Shown here: positions 1 to 7,167 of the stretch, piece after piece
Numbering within the stretch: position 1 is the stretch's first letter
Layout of the letters: the number at the start of each line of letters is the position of its first letter
NCBI GenBank assembly: GCA_963730935.1
Contig: CAVSTP010000005.1
Coordinates: forward strand, 1-28,202
From: an uncultured Nitrospiraceae bacterium
GTDB lineage: Bacteria > Nitrospirota > Nitrospiria > Nitrospirales > Nitrospiraceae
Reading direction: 5' to 3'
Length of the DNA: 28,202 nt
Program-made: the position numbers and the translations under genes
The notes under the pieces: generated by a model
Seen by the model: only the letters and a program-made list of their open reading frames with translations
Told to the model about the DNA's origin: nothing
Databases searched by the model: none

Positions 1-111
1 TCTTCGACAACCTACACTCGAGAGCGCTGCAAGCGCCTGGAACAGCCGTTCTCTAGCAGTTGCTTCCCAGCCATCCGATAATCGCGAACGCGAGAAGGCT
101 GCCCGGATCTG

Positions 112-285
112 TTACGGCATGACAGATCTGCTTTCGATCACCGCGGGCGCTCTGCCTGAGACGAGCGTCCACATCCACACAGTGACGACGGTGCCTACCA
201 ACATGCCTGTGGAGACCAACAGGCTGATCAGCACAGCGAGTTCGTCATTGCGGCGGAATCGATCCCTGCGCATGGCTAAATACAT
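112..285 (-). CDS. small single-TM hypothetical protein (start uncertain)
   Basis: MYLAMRRDRFRRNDELAVLISLLVSTGMLVGTVVTVWMWTLVSG...: basic N-terminus then one hydrophobic helix. Starts 10 nt after the stop of ORF 296-460. Confidence 0.45.
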   Translation of the reverse strand: MYLAMRRDRFRRNDELAVLISLLVSTGMLVGTVVTVWMWTLVSGRAPAVIESRSVMP

Positions 286-295
286 TCCGTGAGAA

Positions 296-460
296 TCATC
301 GCGGTGAACCGAAAGGCGAACTCCCGGTCTCCTTGGATCGGCGTTCATCGATCGTGAGGGCGCAATGCGTGATCGCATAGCCGCAGACACCGCAGGCCCA
401 GAAGGCGCCTGTCTGAAACAGACTCTGTCGTTGGCACCGTGGACAATTGCAGAATTTCAT
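296..460 (-). CDS. 54-aa zinc-ribbon-like protein (not in ORF track)
   Basis: Manual translation MKFCNCPRCQRQSLFQTGAFWACGVCGYAITHCALTIDERRSKETGSSPFGSPR*. CPRC...W-x-CGVCG knuckles; AGGAG SD upstream; fills the gap in a co-oriented run. Confidence 0.75.
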   Translation of the reverse strand: MKFCNCPRCQRQSLFQTGAFWACGVCGYAITHCALTIDERRSKETGSSPFGSPR

Positions 461-478
461 TTCATAACTCCTGCTGAT

Positions 479-685
479 CTAATGACAGATTCTGACGTCG
501 TTGGCCGGCCTCACGCTCAGGGGAGAGCCATGAGGAGTCTGTTTCAGCATTGCGCTAAGCCGACCAACAGCTTCGGCGAAGAGAAAGAATTCTTCACGCT
601 CAAAATGCAGAGTCACCGATCCATAGGTGAAATGAAGTTTTCCACATTCGCATAATGCAAGCTTGCCTTGTCCCTGACCTTTCAT
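479..685 (-). CDS. 68-aa hypothetical protein with CxC-x3-H motif
   Basis: GGAGG 5 nt before ATG at 685. MKGQGQGKLALCECGKLHFTYGSVTLHFEREEFFLFAEAV... Confidence 0.75.
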   Translation of the reverse strand: MKGQGQGKLALCECGKLHFTYGSVTLHFEREEFFLFAEAVGRLSAMLKQTPHGSPLSVRPANDVRICH

Positions 686-719
686 GAAATCCTCCATGAC
701 GTTCATGTCATCGCAGTTG

Positions 720-1247
720 TTAGTCACCTATCGTGATCACACCGGCAAAATATCCTGTCTCAATGTTCCCCGCGATTGGTATAGCGGTGTGGCCATCTGT
801 CATATCGATATTGCTGGACCCTATCATGCTACGGAGGGTCTCCAGATCGCGGCCGACAAAGTCGTGCGTTAGGCGCAAGCGAAGAGTCCCCTCTCGATCG
901 ATGACGAAAGTCTGGCAGCGGGCGGAGGTCTCCGACGACCTCACTCCAAACAATCGGCGGAGTCGCCCGCAAGGATCGGCTAGGACGAGCGTCGATGGCT
1001 GCGCAGGCCGATTAACCCACAATCGATGCAGCGGACGGACGCCTGAACTCACGATAACCAGCGTGGCGTCCACCTTTTGAAATCGCTGGGCATGATGATC
1101 AATTTCGTCAGCCCTGAGGCCAGCGTCAGGGGGAAAACATAGAACCACCAAGCGGCCCACCAAATGCTTCCCTCTCAGGTAGATAAGTTGCCCTCCATCG
1201 AGTGCAGGCGCATTGAAATCCAGCGCGTACATCCCATTCCGTTTCAT
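720..1247 (-). CDS. AhpC/TSA (peroxiredoxin-fold) protein lacking the peroxidatic motif
   Basis: ALDFNAPAL, GRLVVLCFPP, HRLW, LADPCGRLRRLFGV, TFVIDREGTLR follow the AhpC pattern; no PxxxTxxC. SD AAGGAG before ATG 1247. Confidence 0.8.
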   Translation of the reverse strand: MKRNGMYALDFNAPALDGGQLIYLRGKHLVGRLVVLCFPPDAGLRADEIDHHAQRFQKVDATLVIVSSGVRPLHRLWVNRPAQPSTLVLADPCGRLRRLFGVRSSETSARCQTFVIDREGTLRLRLTHDFVGRDLETLRSMIGSSNIDMTDGHTAIPIAGNIETGYFAGVITIGD

Positions 1248-1258
1248 GAGTTTCTCCT

Positions 1259-1432
1259 TCATTGGATCCTGTGCAAGTCTCTGGTTGCTGAATCACCACT
1301 CGACTGTTTGAAATGCTGACATTCTCGTCGAAGCCAACCGCAATTGACGCACTTCCAATCGTTTGCTCCGTAGAAGTCCAGTACTTTCTCGGAGACCATG
1401 AGACCACCGCATTTGAGACAATTCGTTTTCAT
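1259..1432 (-). CDS. 57-aa zinc-ribbon-like protein (not in ORF track)
   Basis: Manual translation MKTNCLKCGGLMVSEKVLDFYGANDWKCVNCGWLRRECQHFKQSSGDSATRDLHRIQ*. CxxCGG...W-x-CxxCG; GGAG SD; its stop abuts the SD of the next gene. Confidence 0.8.
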   Translation of the reverse strand: MKTNCLKCGGLMVSEKVLDFYGANDWKCVNCGWLRRECQHFKQSSGDSATRDLHRIQ

Positions 1433-1526
1433 CGTATCTCCACGTATTTCAATTTGAAGCAGTCGTTCATCCCTCTCCTATTCCCCCTGTCGTTGCTGTC
1501 TCCACATAGGACGCCTTAGGGGGTGA

Positions 1527-1565
1527 AACAAAAAAAGCCCAAGATGTCTTGCGACACCTTGGGCT
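1527..1565 (-). terminator. intrinsic terminator in the 5' leader of the small-gene operon
   Basis: Minus strand AGCCCAAGGTGTC-GCAA-GACATCTTGGGCT (13-bp stem, one G-U, GNRA loop) followed by TTTTTTGTTT. Confidence 0.85.
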
Positions 1566-1653
1566 CCGGCCTCAACGACCTCTGGCCTCGTTCCCGACGA
1601 ACTCAGTTACGCGATTAAGTTCTAGATGGGCATGCTGAATGAAACATTTCCTA

Positions 1654-1672
1654 ATTGATAGGTACTCTCAAT
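1654..1672. promoter_or_regulatory. Fur-family-box-like palindrome
   Basis: ATTGATAGGTACTCTCAAT. The core TGATAGG-T-ACTCTCA matches 10/14 positions of the 7-1-7 Fur consensus TGATAAT-N-ATTATCA and overlaps the expected -10/+1 of the minus-strand promoter. Confidence 0.55.
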
Positions 1673-1696
1673 ATCATTTATAGCCTCTCTTGTCAA
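1668..1696 (-). promoter_or_regulatory. sigma70-type promoter candidate
   Basis: Perfect TTGACA (1696-1691), then AT-rich ...TATAAATGATATTGA at -10 distance; exact -10 ambiguous. Confidence 0.5.
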
Positions 1697-1852
1697 CTTA
1701 AATTTGTGGCGAACGCTATTGCCAACCCTAGGCAAGGACCTATCGGACCGTATACGCACCCTCATCTCTTAATCCAGTGGTATCTCGACCGGTCTACGTA
1801 CTACTATTCCGCTTGCTGCTTTCGTCGTATTCGAGGTGTCAAGGAGGTAGCT

Positions 1853-2218
1853 ATGGCCGGCTATGTCGATGGATACCTGCTGCCGATGGCAAAAAAGAAT
1901 TTGCAAGCTTATCGGCGGATGGCCAGCAAGGCCGGAAAAATCTGGCGGGAGCACGGAGCATTAGACTACAAAGAATGCTACGGGGACGATCTCGATACCA
2001 CGATGGGCGTGCCGTTCCCACGCCAGATGAGAGCCAAACGCGGCGAAACGGTCGTCTTCGCCTATATCCTGTTCAAATCGCGCAAGCACCGTGACCGGGT
2101 CAATGCAAAGGTCATGAAGGACCCTCGGATTGCCGGCATGGGCGACATGAAGAATCTTCCGTTTAACCCAAAACGTATGGCGTATGGCGGATTCAAGGTG
2201 CTTGTCGACGCAGAATGA
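1853..2218 (+). CDS. DUF1428 (YbaA-like) protein
   Basis: YVDGYLLP...AYRRMA...WREHGAL.YKEC.GDD...ETVVF...HRDRVNAKVMKDPR...KRMAYGGF; SD AAGGAGG. Confidence 0.92.
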   Translation: MAGYVDGYLLPMAKKNLQAYRRMASKAGKIWREHGALDYKECYGDDLDTTMGVPFPRQMRAKRGETVVFAYILFKSRKHRDRVNAKVMKDPRIAGMGDMKNLPFNPKRMAYGGFKVLVDAE

Positions 2219-2406
2219 CATCCTCGACGTGATCGGTGTGACCGATGGGACGTGGTCACAAAATTGTCCTATTTCCAGATGGTTGCGTTAATGCCCCCAC
2301 TGACAAAGTGACAGTGTGTCATCTCATAATCGCACAACACAGTAGGCCCTTGCTGATAGACAATCGGGTGTTTAGTCTATATTCCCTTGGGAAATTCACG
2401 ACCTAG

Positions 2407-2610
2407 GTGTGTGCCGTGTCCAACAAGAACGACATTTTGAAGTTGTACGGGCGGTACAGTGTCGAGCTAGCGCAACACTTGAAAGAAGGGGCGACCCTCA
2501 ATGTTGACGAGCAAGTGTATCTCGAGAATCACCTCCTAATCGTTCAACTGGCATTGGCCATGTCAAAACATGCACGGCCGAAGCGGTCAGTGCCCGTTCG
2601 GGGAGAATGA
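2407..2610 (+). CDS. small hypothetical helical protein
   Basis: Protein-like composition; ATGA overlap with the downstream response regulator. Start is GTG 2407 or 2416. Confidence 0.6.
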   Translation: MCAVSNKNDILKLYGRYSVELAQHLKEGATLNVDEQVYLENHLLIVQLALAMSKHARPKRSVPVRGE

Positions 2611-3206
2611 TGAAACAAGCGCTTGTGGTGGACGACCATCCCATCGTGCGGGATGGAATCAAGGAATTGCTTCAAAGAGCATTTCCCTCCGTCGCCATCA
2701 AGGATTCTGCGGGCGAGGATGGATTGCTCGAAGAAGTGTGCGGATATCCGTGGGCCTTTGTCGTACTCGATATTAATTTGCCCGGTCAGAACGGGCTCGA
2801 CATCATCAAGAAAACGAAGGTCCGACGGCCTGAAATCCCCATCATCGTCTTCAGCCTGTACTCAGAACGACAGTATGCCGCACGAGCGCTGCGCGCCGGG
2901 GCGGTGGCCTATCTTTCGAAAGAACGCCCCCCACGTGATTTGATCGAGATGGTGAAGACGACGCTCGAAGGGGGAGAAGTCAAGAAACCGCGGGAAGTGA
3001 TGGTCTCTCAACCGCTGCTTTCCGACCGTGAGGTGCAAGTCTTAGCGCTCTTTGTCAGAGGCCTGAGTCGGAAGGAGATATCCAAGGAACTCAACATCAA
3101 CGAGAAAACGGTCAGCACCTATCGGGCGAGACTTCTGCACAAGCTGGGCGTGAGGAACCTGGTTGAACTGATCCGCTACGCAGTCGAAGAAGGCCTGGTC
3201 GATTGA
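2607..3206 (+). CDS. NarL/LuxR-family response regulator
   Basis: REC: VVDDH, VLDINLPG, YLSK. LuxR HTH: LSDREVQVL...GLSRKEISKELNINEKTVSTYRARLLHKLG. Confidence 0.95.
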   Translation: MMKQALVVDDHPIVRDGIKELLQRAFPSVAIKDSAGEDGLLEEVCGYPWAFVVLDINLPGQNGLDIIKKTKVRRPEIPIIVFSLYSERQYAARALRAGAVAYLSKERPPRDLIEMVKTTLEGGEVKKPREVMVSQPLLSDREVQVLALFVRGLSRKEISKELNINEKTVSTYRARLLHKLGVRNLVELIRYAVEEGLVD

Positions 3207-3931
3207 ACCATCAGGTGATAGAAGGCCTCGGCTAACGGTTGCAGACTGACGCAGTCCGCCTCGTTGTAGCGCAGCAGTTGGTCTCTGGCCTCTTCTGCGT
3301 GGGAGTGACGCCATCGGTTCCAACATCGGACGGCATCGTCGCCATTCATCCCCTCCAGTTCCTGCTCTCGATTGATGCCTAATTGCCGCTCAATCATCTT
3401 GAGTCCGCCGCGGTGCCCGAGCCGCCGACCGAGAAGACAGATATCCATATGCGGCTGGTCCAGCGGAAGATCCGGAAACTGGCTCAACAACATCGGGAGG
3501 TCGAATGTCGTCCCGCAAAACGTCACGAGCAAGTCATATGGACGGAGCGCTTCTGCGAGCCGACCGGCATTCAACGATTCACCGCGGACGAAGGAGGTCA
3601 TTTGTCCATGCCCATAGAGCCCGACCACGGTAATCTGACCGAAGCTATCGGTCTCGATGTCGAGACAAACTGCCCGAGGACGCAGCCAGTCATATAGCCG
3701 CCAGTGCTCGCGGGCAGGCATGACGACGCTGAAATAACGCGCATTGCCACCGGCGTACTGCTCCTGGGCCTTTTCGACCTGCATGTCATAGAGCGCCTTC
3801 CTCGACGCACCGATCTTGTCGATCGCCGGTCTCGAAAGAAAATCTTTCCATGTGAGGAGCCCTTGACGCCAGAGCCGCCGTTCGGTTTTTGAACCAACCC
3901 CTGGCAGAAAACAAAAGCTCGATTCAATCAT
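3176..3931 (-). CDS. RNase H-like (YprB / RNase_H_2) DEDD exonuclease with N-terminal HhH
   Basis: LPGVGSKTERRLW (HhH), LDIET, VTFCG..FDLP, GGLK.IE..LGI.R, YNEADC. Confidence 0.88.
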   Translation of the reverse strand: MIESSFCFLPGVGSKTERRLWRQGLLTWKDFLSRPAIDKIGASRKALYDMQVEKAQEQYAGGNARYFSVVMPAREHWRLYDWLRPRAVCLDIETDSFGQITVVGLYGHGQMTSFVRGESLNAGRLAEALRPYDLLVTFCGTTFDLPMLLSQFPDLPLDQPHMDICLLGRRLGHRGGLKMIERQLGINREQELEGMNGDDAVRCWNRWRHSHAEEARDQLLRYNEADCVSLQPLAEAFYHLMVQSTRPSSTA

Positions 3932-3975
3932 GACGCCTGCGTTCCGTCCGGTCTATCAACGTCCTGAGAGATTGT

Positions 3976-4131
3976 TTATTTGTGGGGCACCATCACATGA
4001 ATCGTATGGGCCTGTGCAGGCGTGGGTTTTATCGCGATCGTCTGGGCTCCGCCGCTCGACATTTCCGTGCAGCCAATCACCAATGTCATTCCAAAGGCTC
4101 CCAGCACTGCAACGTATCCTGCTCGCTGCAT
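3976..4131 (-). pseudogene. 51-aa lipoprotein ORF, probably the truncated N-terminus of a DUF1264-like lipoprotein (not in ORF track)
   Basis: GGAGGAG SD; MQRAGYVAVLGAFGMTLVIG-C-TEMSSGGAQTIAIKPTPAQAHTIHVMVPHK*; lipobox VIGC. Family assignment is from recall of the KP.P...TIHV..PH motif. Confidence 0.55.
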
Positions 4132-4180
4132 GCTCCTCCCTGTCCGTTGAAGATCGCACAGTCAGGAACTGACGAGGCCG

Positions 4181-5266
4181 CTATTTGGGCAGCTTCGGCA
4201 CGTTCACTTTGATCGGGGCCCCCGTCAAGGCTTTCAGAAACTCGAGCAAGTCCGCCTTTTCCTCTGAAGACAGCCCCAACGGTTTCATCAAGGGACTGAG
4301 ATTGGGATTGCTTCCCCCTCCCGCATCGAGGAAGTCGATCACTTCCTCGAGCGTCTTGAACACGCCATCGTGCATATACGGGGCCGTCTCGATCACGCTC
4401 CGCAAGGTTGGCGTCTTGAATGCGCCCTTGTCTTGTTGTGCCCTTGTGACCATGTACCGGCCCAGATCTTCCTTGAGAGGCCCCACCTGGGGGACGCCGA
4501 GATTATGGAATCGATTGTCGGTGAAGTTCGGGCCGTTGTGACAGAGGATGCACCGAGCCTTTCCTCGAAACAGCGCTAACCCCCGCACCGCCGCCTCATT
4601 CATCGCCCCGGTTTCCCCCATCGCGTACTTGTCGAAGGCGCTGTTTTGCGACATGATCGTGCGTTCGAAAGCGGCAATGGCTTCAGCGATGTGCTGGAGG
4701 CTCGCCCCTCCCCCGAAGATCAACTGAAACTGTTTTTGATAGGCCGGTATCTTGGCGATTTTCGGCACCACAGTTTCATGCATTTCGGCCATCTCGATGG
4801 GATTGTGTATCGGGCCGATCGCCTGCTCCTCCAGCGATCCGGCGCGGCCGTCCCAGAATTGCAAGGGAATGAAACCCGTGTTGTACACGGTGGGCGCCTG
4901 GCGACCGCCGGAAGTCCCGAATGCCCCGATAGAGAACTGGCGGGCATCGGCGAAACCGGTGCCGGGATTGTGACATAGGGCACAGGAGACGGAATTATTT
5001 TTGGACAGGCGCGTCTCAAAGTAGAGCAGTTTGCCCAGTTCGACTTTCTGCGCGTAGCTCAGATTTGTCGACGGGATCGGCACCTGCGTCGGCATCGGTC
5101 CGATGTCGGGCACCGTGACGCCATCGACGGTCACAATGCCGTGCGGAGCATATCCGGATGGAACGGCAAGGGCCGCGGACAGACTTCCAGCCAACCAGCC
5201 CATCAAAAGAACCCCAAAACTGCCTACTCCACGAATCCCGAAAAAGCGGCGTGCTCTACGGCTCAT
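4181..5266 (-). CDS. di-haem cytochrome c peroxidase (CCP/MauG family)
   Basis: Two haem motifs CALCH and CILCH; QFWDGRA, NPIEM, FKTPTLR, APYMHDG; signal peptide; SD GGAGG. Confidence 0.95.
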   Translation of the reverse strand: MSRRARRFFGIRGVGSFGVLLMGWLAGSLSAALAVPSGYAPHGIVTVDGVTVPDIGPMPTQVPIPSTNLSYAQKVELGKLLYFETRLSKNNSVSCALCHNPGTGFADARQFSIGAFGTSGGRQAPTVYNTGFIPLQFWDGRAGSLEEQAIGPIHNPIEMAEMHETVVPKIAKIPAYQKQFQLIFGGGASLQHIAEAIAAFERTIMSQNSAFDKYAMGETGAMNEAAVRGLALFRGKARCILCHNGPNFTDNRFHNLGVPQVGPLKEDLGRYMVTRAQQDKGAFKTPTLRSVIETAPYMHDGVFKTLEEVIDFLDAGGGSNPNLSPLMKPLGLSSEEKADLLEFLKALTGAPIKVNVPKLPK

Positions 5267-5445
5267 ATCCCCTCCTGAGGTGTCACCCGTTGCGATCCAA
5301 GGACCCACACTACCATGTTTCCTTCGGCAGTGGAGCCAGGGTAAATACCTGACAAGCCATTGAGTTTACAAGGCATTTCGGCATGAAGGCCGAAAGCGAT
5401 TTGTGATAGGCTATCACCGATACCTGGGATAGCAGGAGAGCTTTC

Positions 5446-5691
5446 ATGCGGATTCCATCTCGAGTCGTCCTACCCTTCGGATATCGGATCTCAGTGCGCC
5501 AACTGTCAGATAGCGAGATGGACCGTCGTGATCCCAATGCCGATGGAATCTGGGACGACGAGTTGAAGACGATCTACTTAAGAAAGAAGCTTCCGGTCAC
5601 CAGGCGGCGATACATCCTCGCGCACGAGCTAGGTCATGCCTGGCTCGACTGGCAGCATCGGCATCTCGACAACGGGAAAGCGAAGACCTAA
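5446..5691 (+). CDS. small ImmA/IrrE-like (M78-type) HExxH metallopeptidase
   Basis: DG.W....KTIYL......RRRYILAHELGH; SD AGGAG. Confidence 0.8.
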   Translation: MRIPSRVVLPFGYRISVRQLSDSEMDRRDPNADGIWDDELKTIYLRKKLPVTRRRYILAHELGHAWLDWQHRHLDNGKAKT

Positions 5692-5718
5692 CGGGGGCAG
5701 TCGTTCCCTCGATCTCGA

Positions 5719-6201
5719 TCATCCTTTTCCGCTTCCTGCCAGTTGCGTAATCACCCTCCATTCCACCTCGCTCACCGGTTGCACGGACAGGCGTGACCCT
5801 TTACGGAGCAGCACCATTCCCTTCAGCTTCGGCTCTTGTCTGAGCCGATCAAGCGGCAGGCTGGTGGGGAACTTCTCCAGGTATTTGAGGTCCACCATGT
5901 CCCACCGTGGATCATCCATCGTACTTGTCGGATCATAGTGATTGCTGCGCTTATCAAATTGCGTATCGTCCGGATAGGCTGTCTTCACGACCTCGGCGCT
6001 GCCGACAACGGCCGGTGGGTCCGCATTGCTGTGATAAAACAACACAAGGTCTCCGACAGTCATTTCGCGCATGAAGTTCCTCGCCTGATAGTTCCGGACG
6101 CCGTCCCAACAGGTCGTCTGGCGGTGGGCGCGCGCGAGATCATCGATAGAGAAGGTATCAGGCTCCGACTTGACGAGCCAGTACCGTCGTCGCTTCGTCA
6201 T
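5719..6201 (-). CDS. EVE domain protein
   Basis: YWLVKSEP..FSIDDL, WDGVRNYQARNFM, GDLVLFYHS, RLSVQPV. Confidence 0.95.
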   Translation of the reverse strand: MTKRRRYWLVKSEPDTFSIDDLARAHRQTTCWDGVRNYQARNFMREMTVGDLVLFYHSNADPPAVVGSAEVVKTAYPDDTQFDKRSNHYDPTSTMDDPRWDMVDLKYLEKFPTSLPLDRLRQEPKLKGMVLLRKGSRLSVQPVSEVEWRVITQLAGSGKG

Positions 6202-6335
6202 CTCATACTCCCTTGATGCACCAAGGCCTTGCGATTTTTCCCTCGATCGGTATGCTATCGCCCGGCTATTCCCACCCTGGGTCAAGGCGCGTCTTGGCGC
6301 GCCAGGCTCAGGTGGGTGAGATTAGGGGGCTCCCC

Positions 6336-7148
6336 ATGGAACTGACGCCATTCTTGTTTGGAGTCTACAAGCTCGTCAAGTACGTGCTTCATCCGCTCAA
6401 CTGGGTCCTGCTGCTCATGAGCCTGACCACACTATGGTTGTGGCTGCCCATTTCCCCCCAACGGCTTCGTTGGGCCAGGATCGGCTCGATCGGTGGGCTC
6501 ATCCTCTTGTTCATGATTTCAAGTCCTCTGATCGCTCGTCCGCTGCTCGGCAGCTTGGAGGCCTGGCATGCGACGCCGCCGTTGTTAAAAGGTGAGGAGT
6601 ATCATGCGATCGTCGTCTTGGCAGGAGGCCTGCTCCAGCCAGGCACATTGCGCCCGACGGCGGACTTGTCATCCTATTCCAGGAATCGGACAACATGCGG
6701 CGTGGACCTCTATCAGCAAGGACTGGCGCCGAAGCTCGTCTTCACTGGCGGCAGTGGAAATCCGTTCAGGGAGGCCATGAATGATGCTCAGGAAATGCAA
6801 CGATGGGCGGAACGGCTCGGAGTCCCAAGGGAGGCGATACTGATCGAAGAGCTTTCACGGACCACTTATGAAAATGCCACGGAGACCAAGCGCCTGCTGG
6901 GCCCAGCATCTATTCTGCTGGTCACCTCGGCCAGCCACCTGCCGCGGGCGACGGCGCTTTTTAGGAAACAGGGATTCCACGTCACGCCGGTGCCTTGTGA
7001 TTTCTTGATACAGAATCGGCCCGAGGATAACTTTCAGCACCTCGATCCGTTCGATGTGCTCCCCAACGATCATGCGATCGAGCATACGACGGGCGCCGTG
7101 ACAGAACTTGCCGGAATGGCCATCTATTGGTTGACCGGAAAGCTTTAG
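6336..7148 (+). CDS. YdcF/ElyC (DUF218) family membrane protein
   Basis: Two N-terminal TM segments; AIVVLAGG, VFTGGSG, EELSRTTYENA, LLVTSASHLPRA. Confidence 0.92.
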   Translation: MELTPFLFGVYKLVKYVLHPLNWVLLLMSLTTLWLWLPISPQRLRWARIGSIGGLILLFMISSPLIARPLLGSLEAWHATPPLLKGEEYHAIVVLAGGLLQPGTLRPTADLSSYSRNRTTCGVDLYQQGLAPKLVFTGGSGNPFREAMNDAQEMQRWAERLGVPREAILIEELSRTTYENATETKRLLGPASILLVTSASHLPRATALFRKQGFHVTPVPCDFLIQNRPEDNFQHLDPFDVLPNDHAIEHTTGAVTELAGMAIYWLTGKL

Positions 7149-7167
7149 CATGGGTGAGACGAATGGG

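Noticed and set aside
1126..1407. 93-aa minus-strand ORF in the track
   Set aside because: Another frame gives the SD-led zinc-ribbon ORF 1259-1432; this one overlaps the redoxin gene and has no motif.
1655..1852. N-terminal extension of the DUF1428 ORF
   Set aside because: Family similarity and SD begin at ATG 1853; the extension runs through promoter DNA.
2237..2260. TGTGACC...GGTCACA as a CRP/FNR site or terminator
   Set aside because: 14 nt between TGTGA and TCACA rather than 6, and no U-tract.
3956..4159. 67-aa minus-strand ORF in the track
   Set aside because: The frame with SD and lipobox (3976-4131) is better supported.
3176..6201. Exonuclease, HExxH peptidase and EVE protein as an anti-phage system
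   Set aside because: Mixed orientations, interrupted by the peroxidase gene, and no nuclease-EVE fusion or mobile context.
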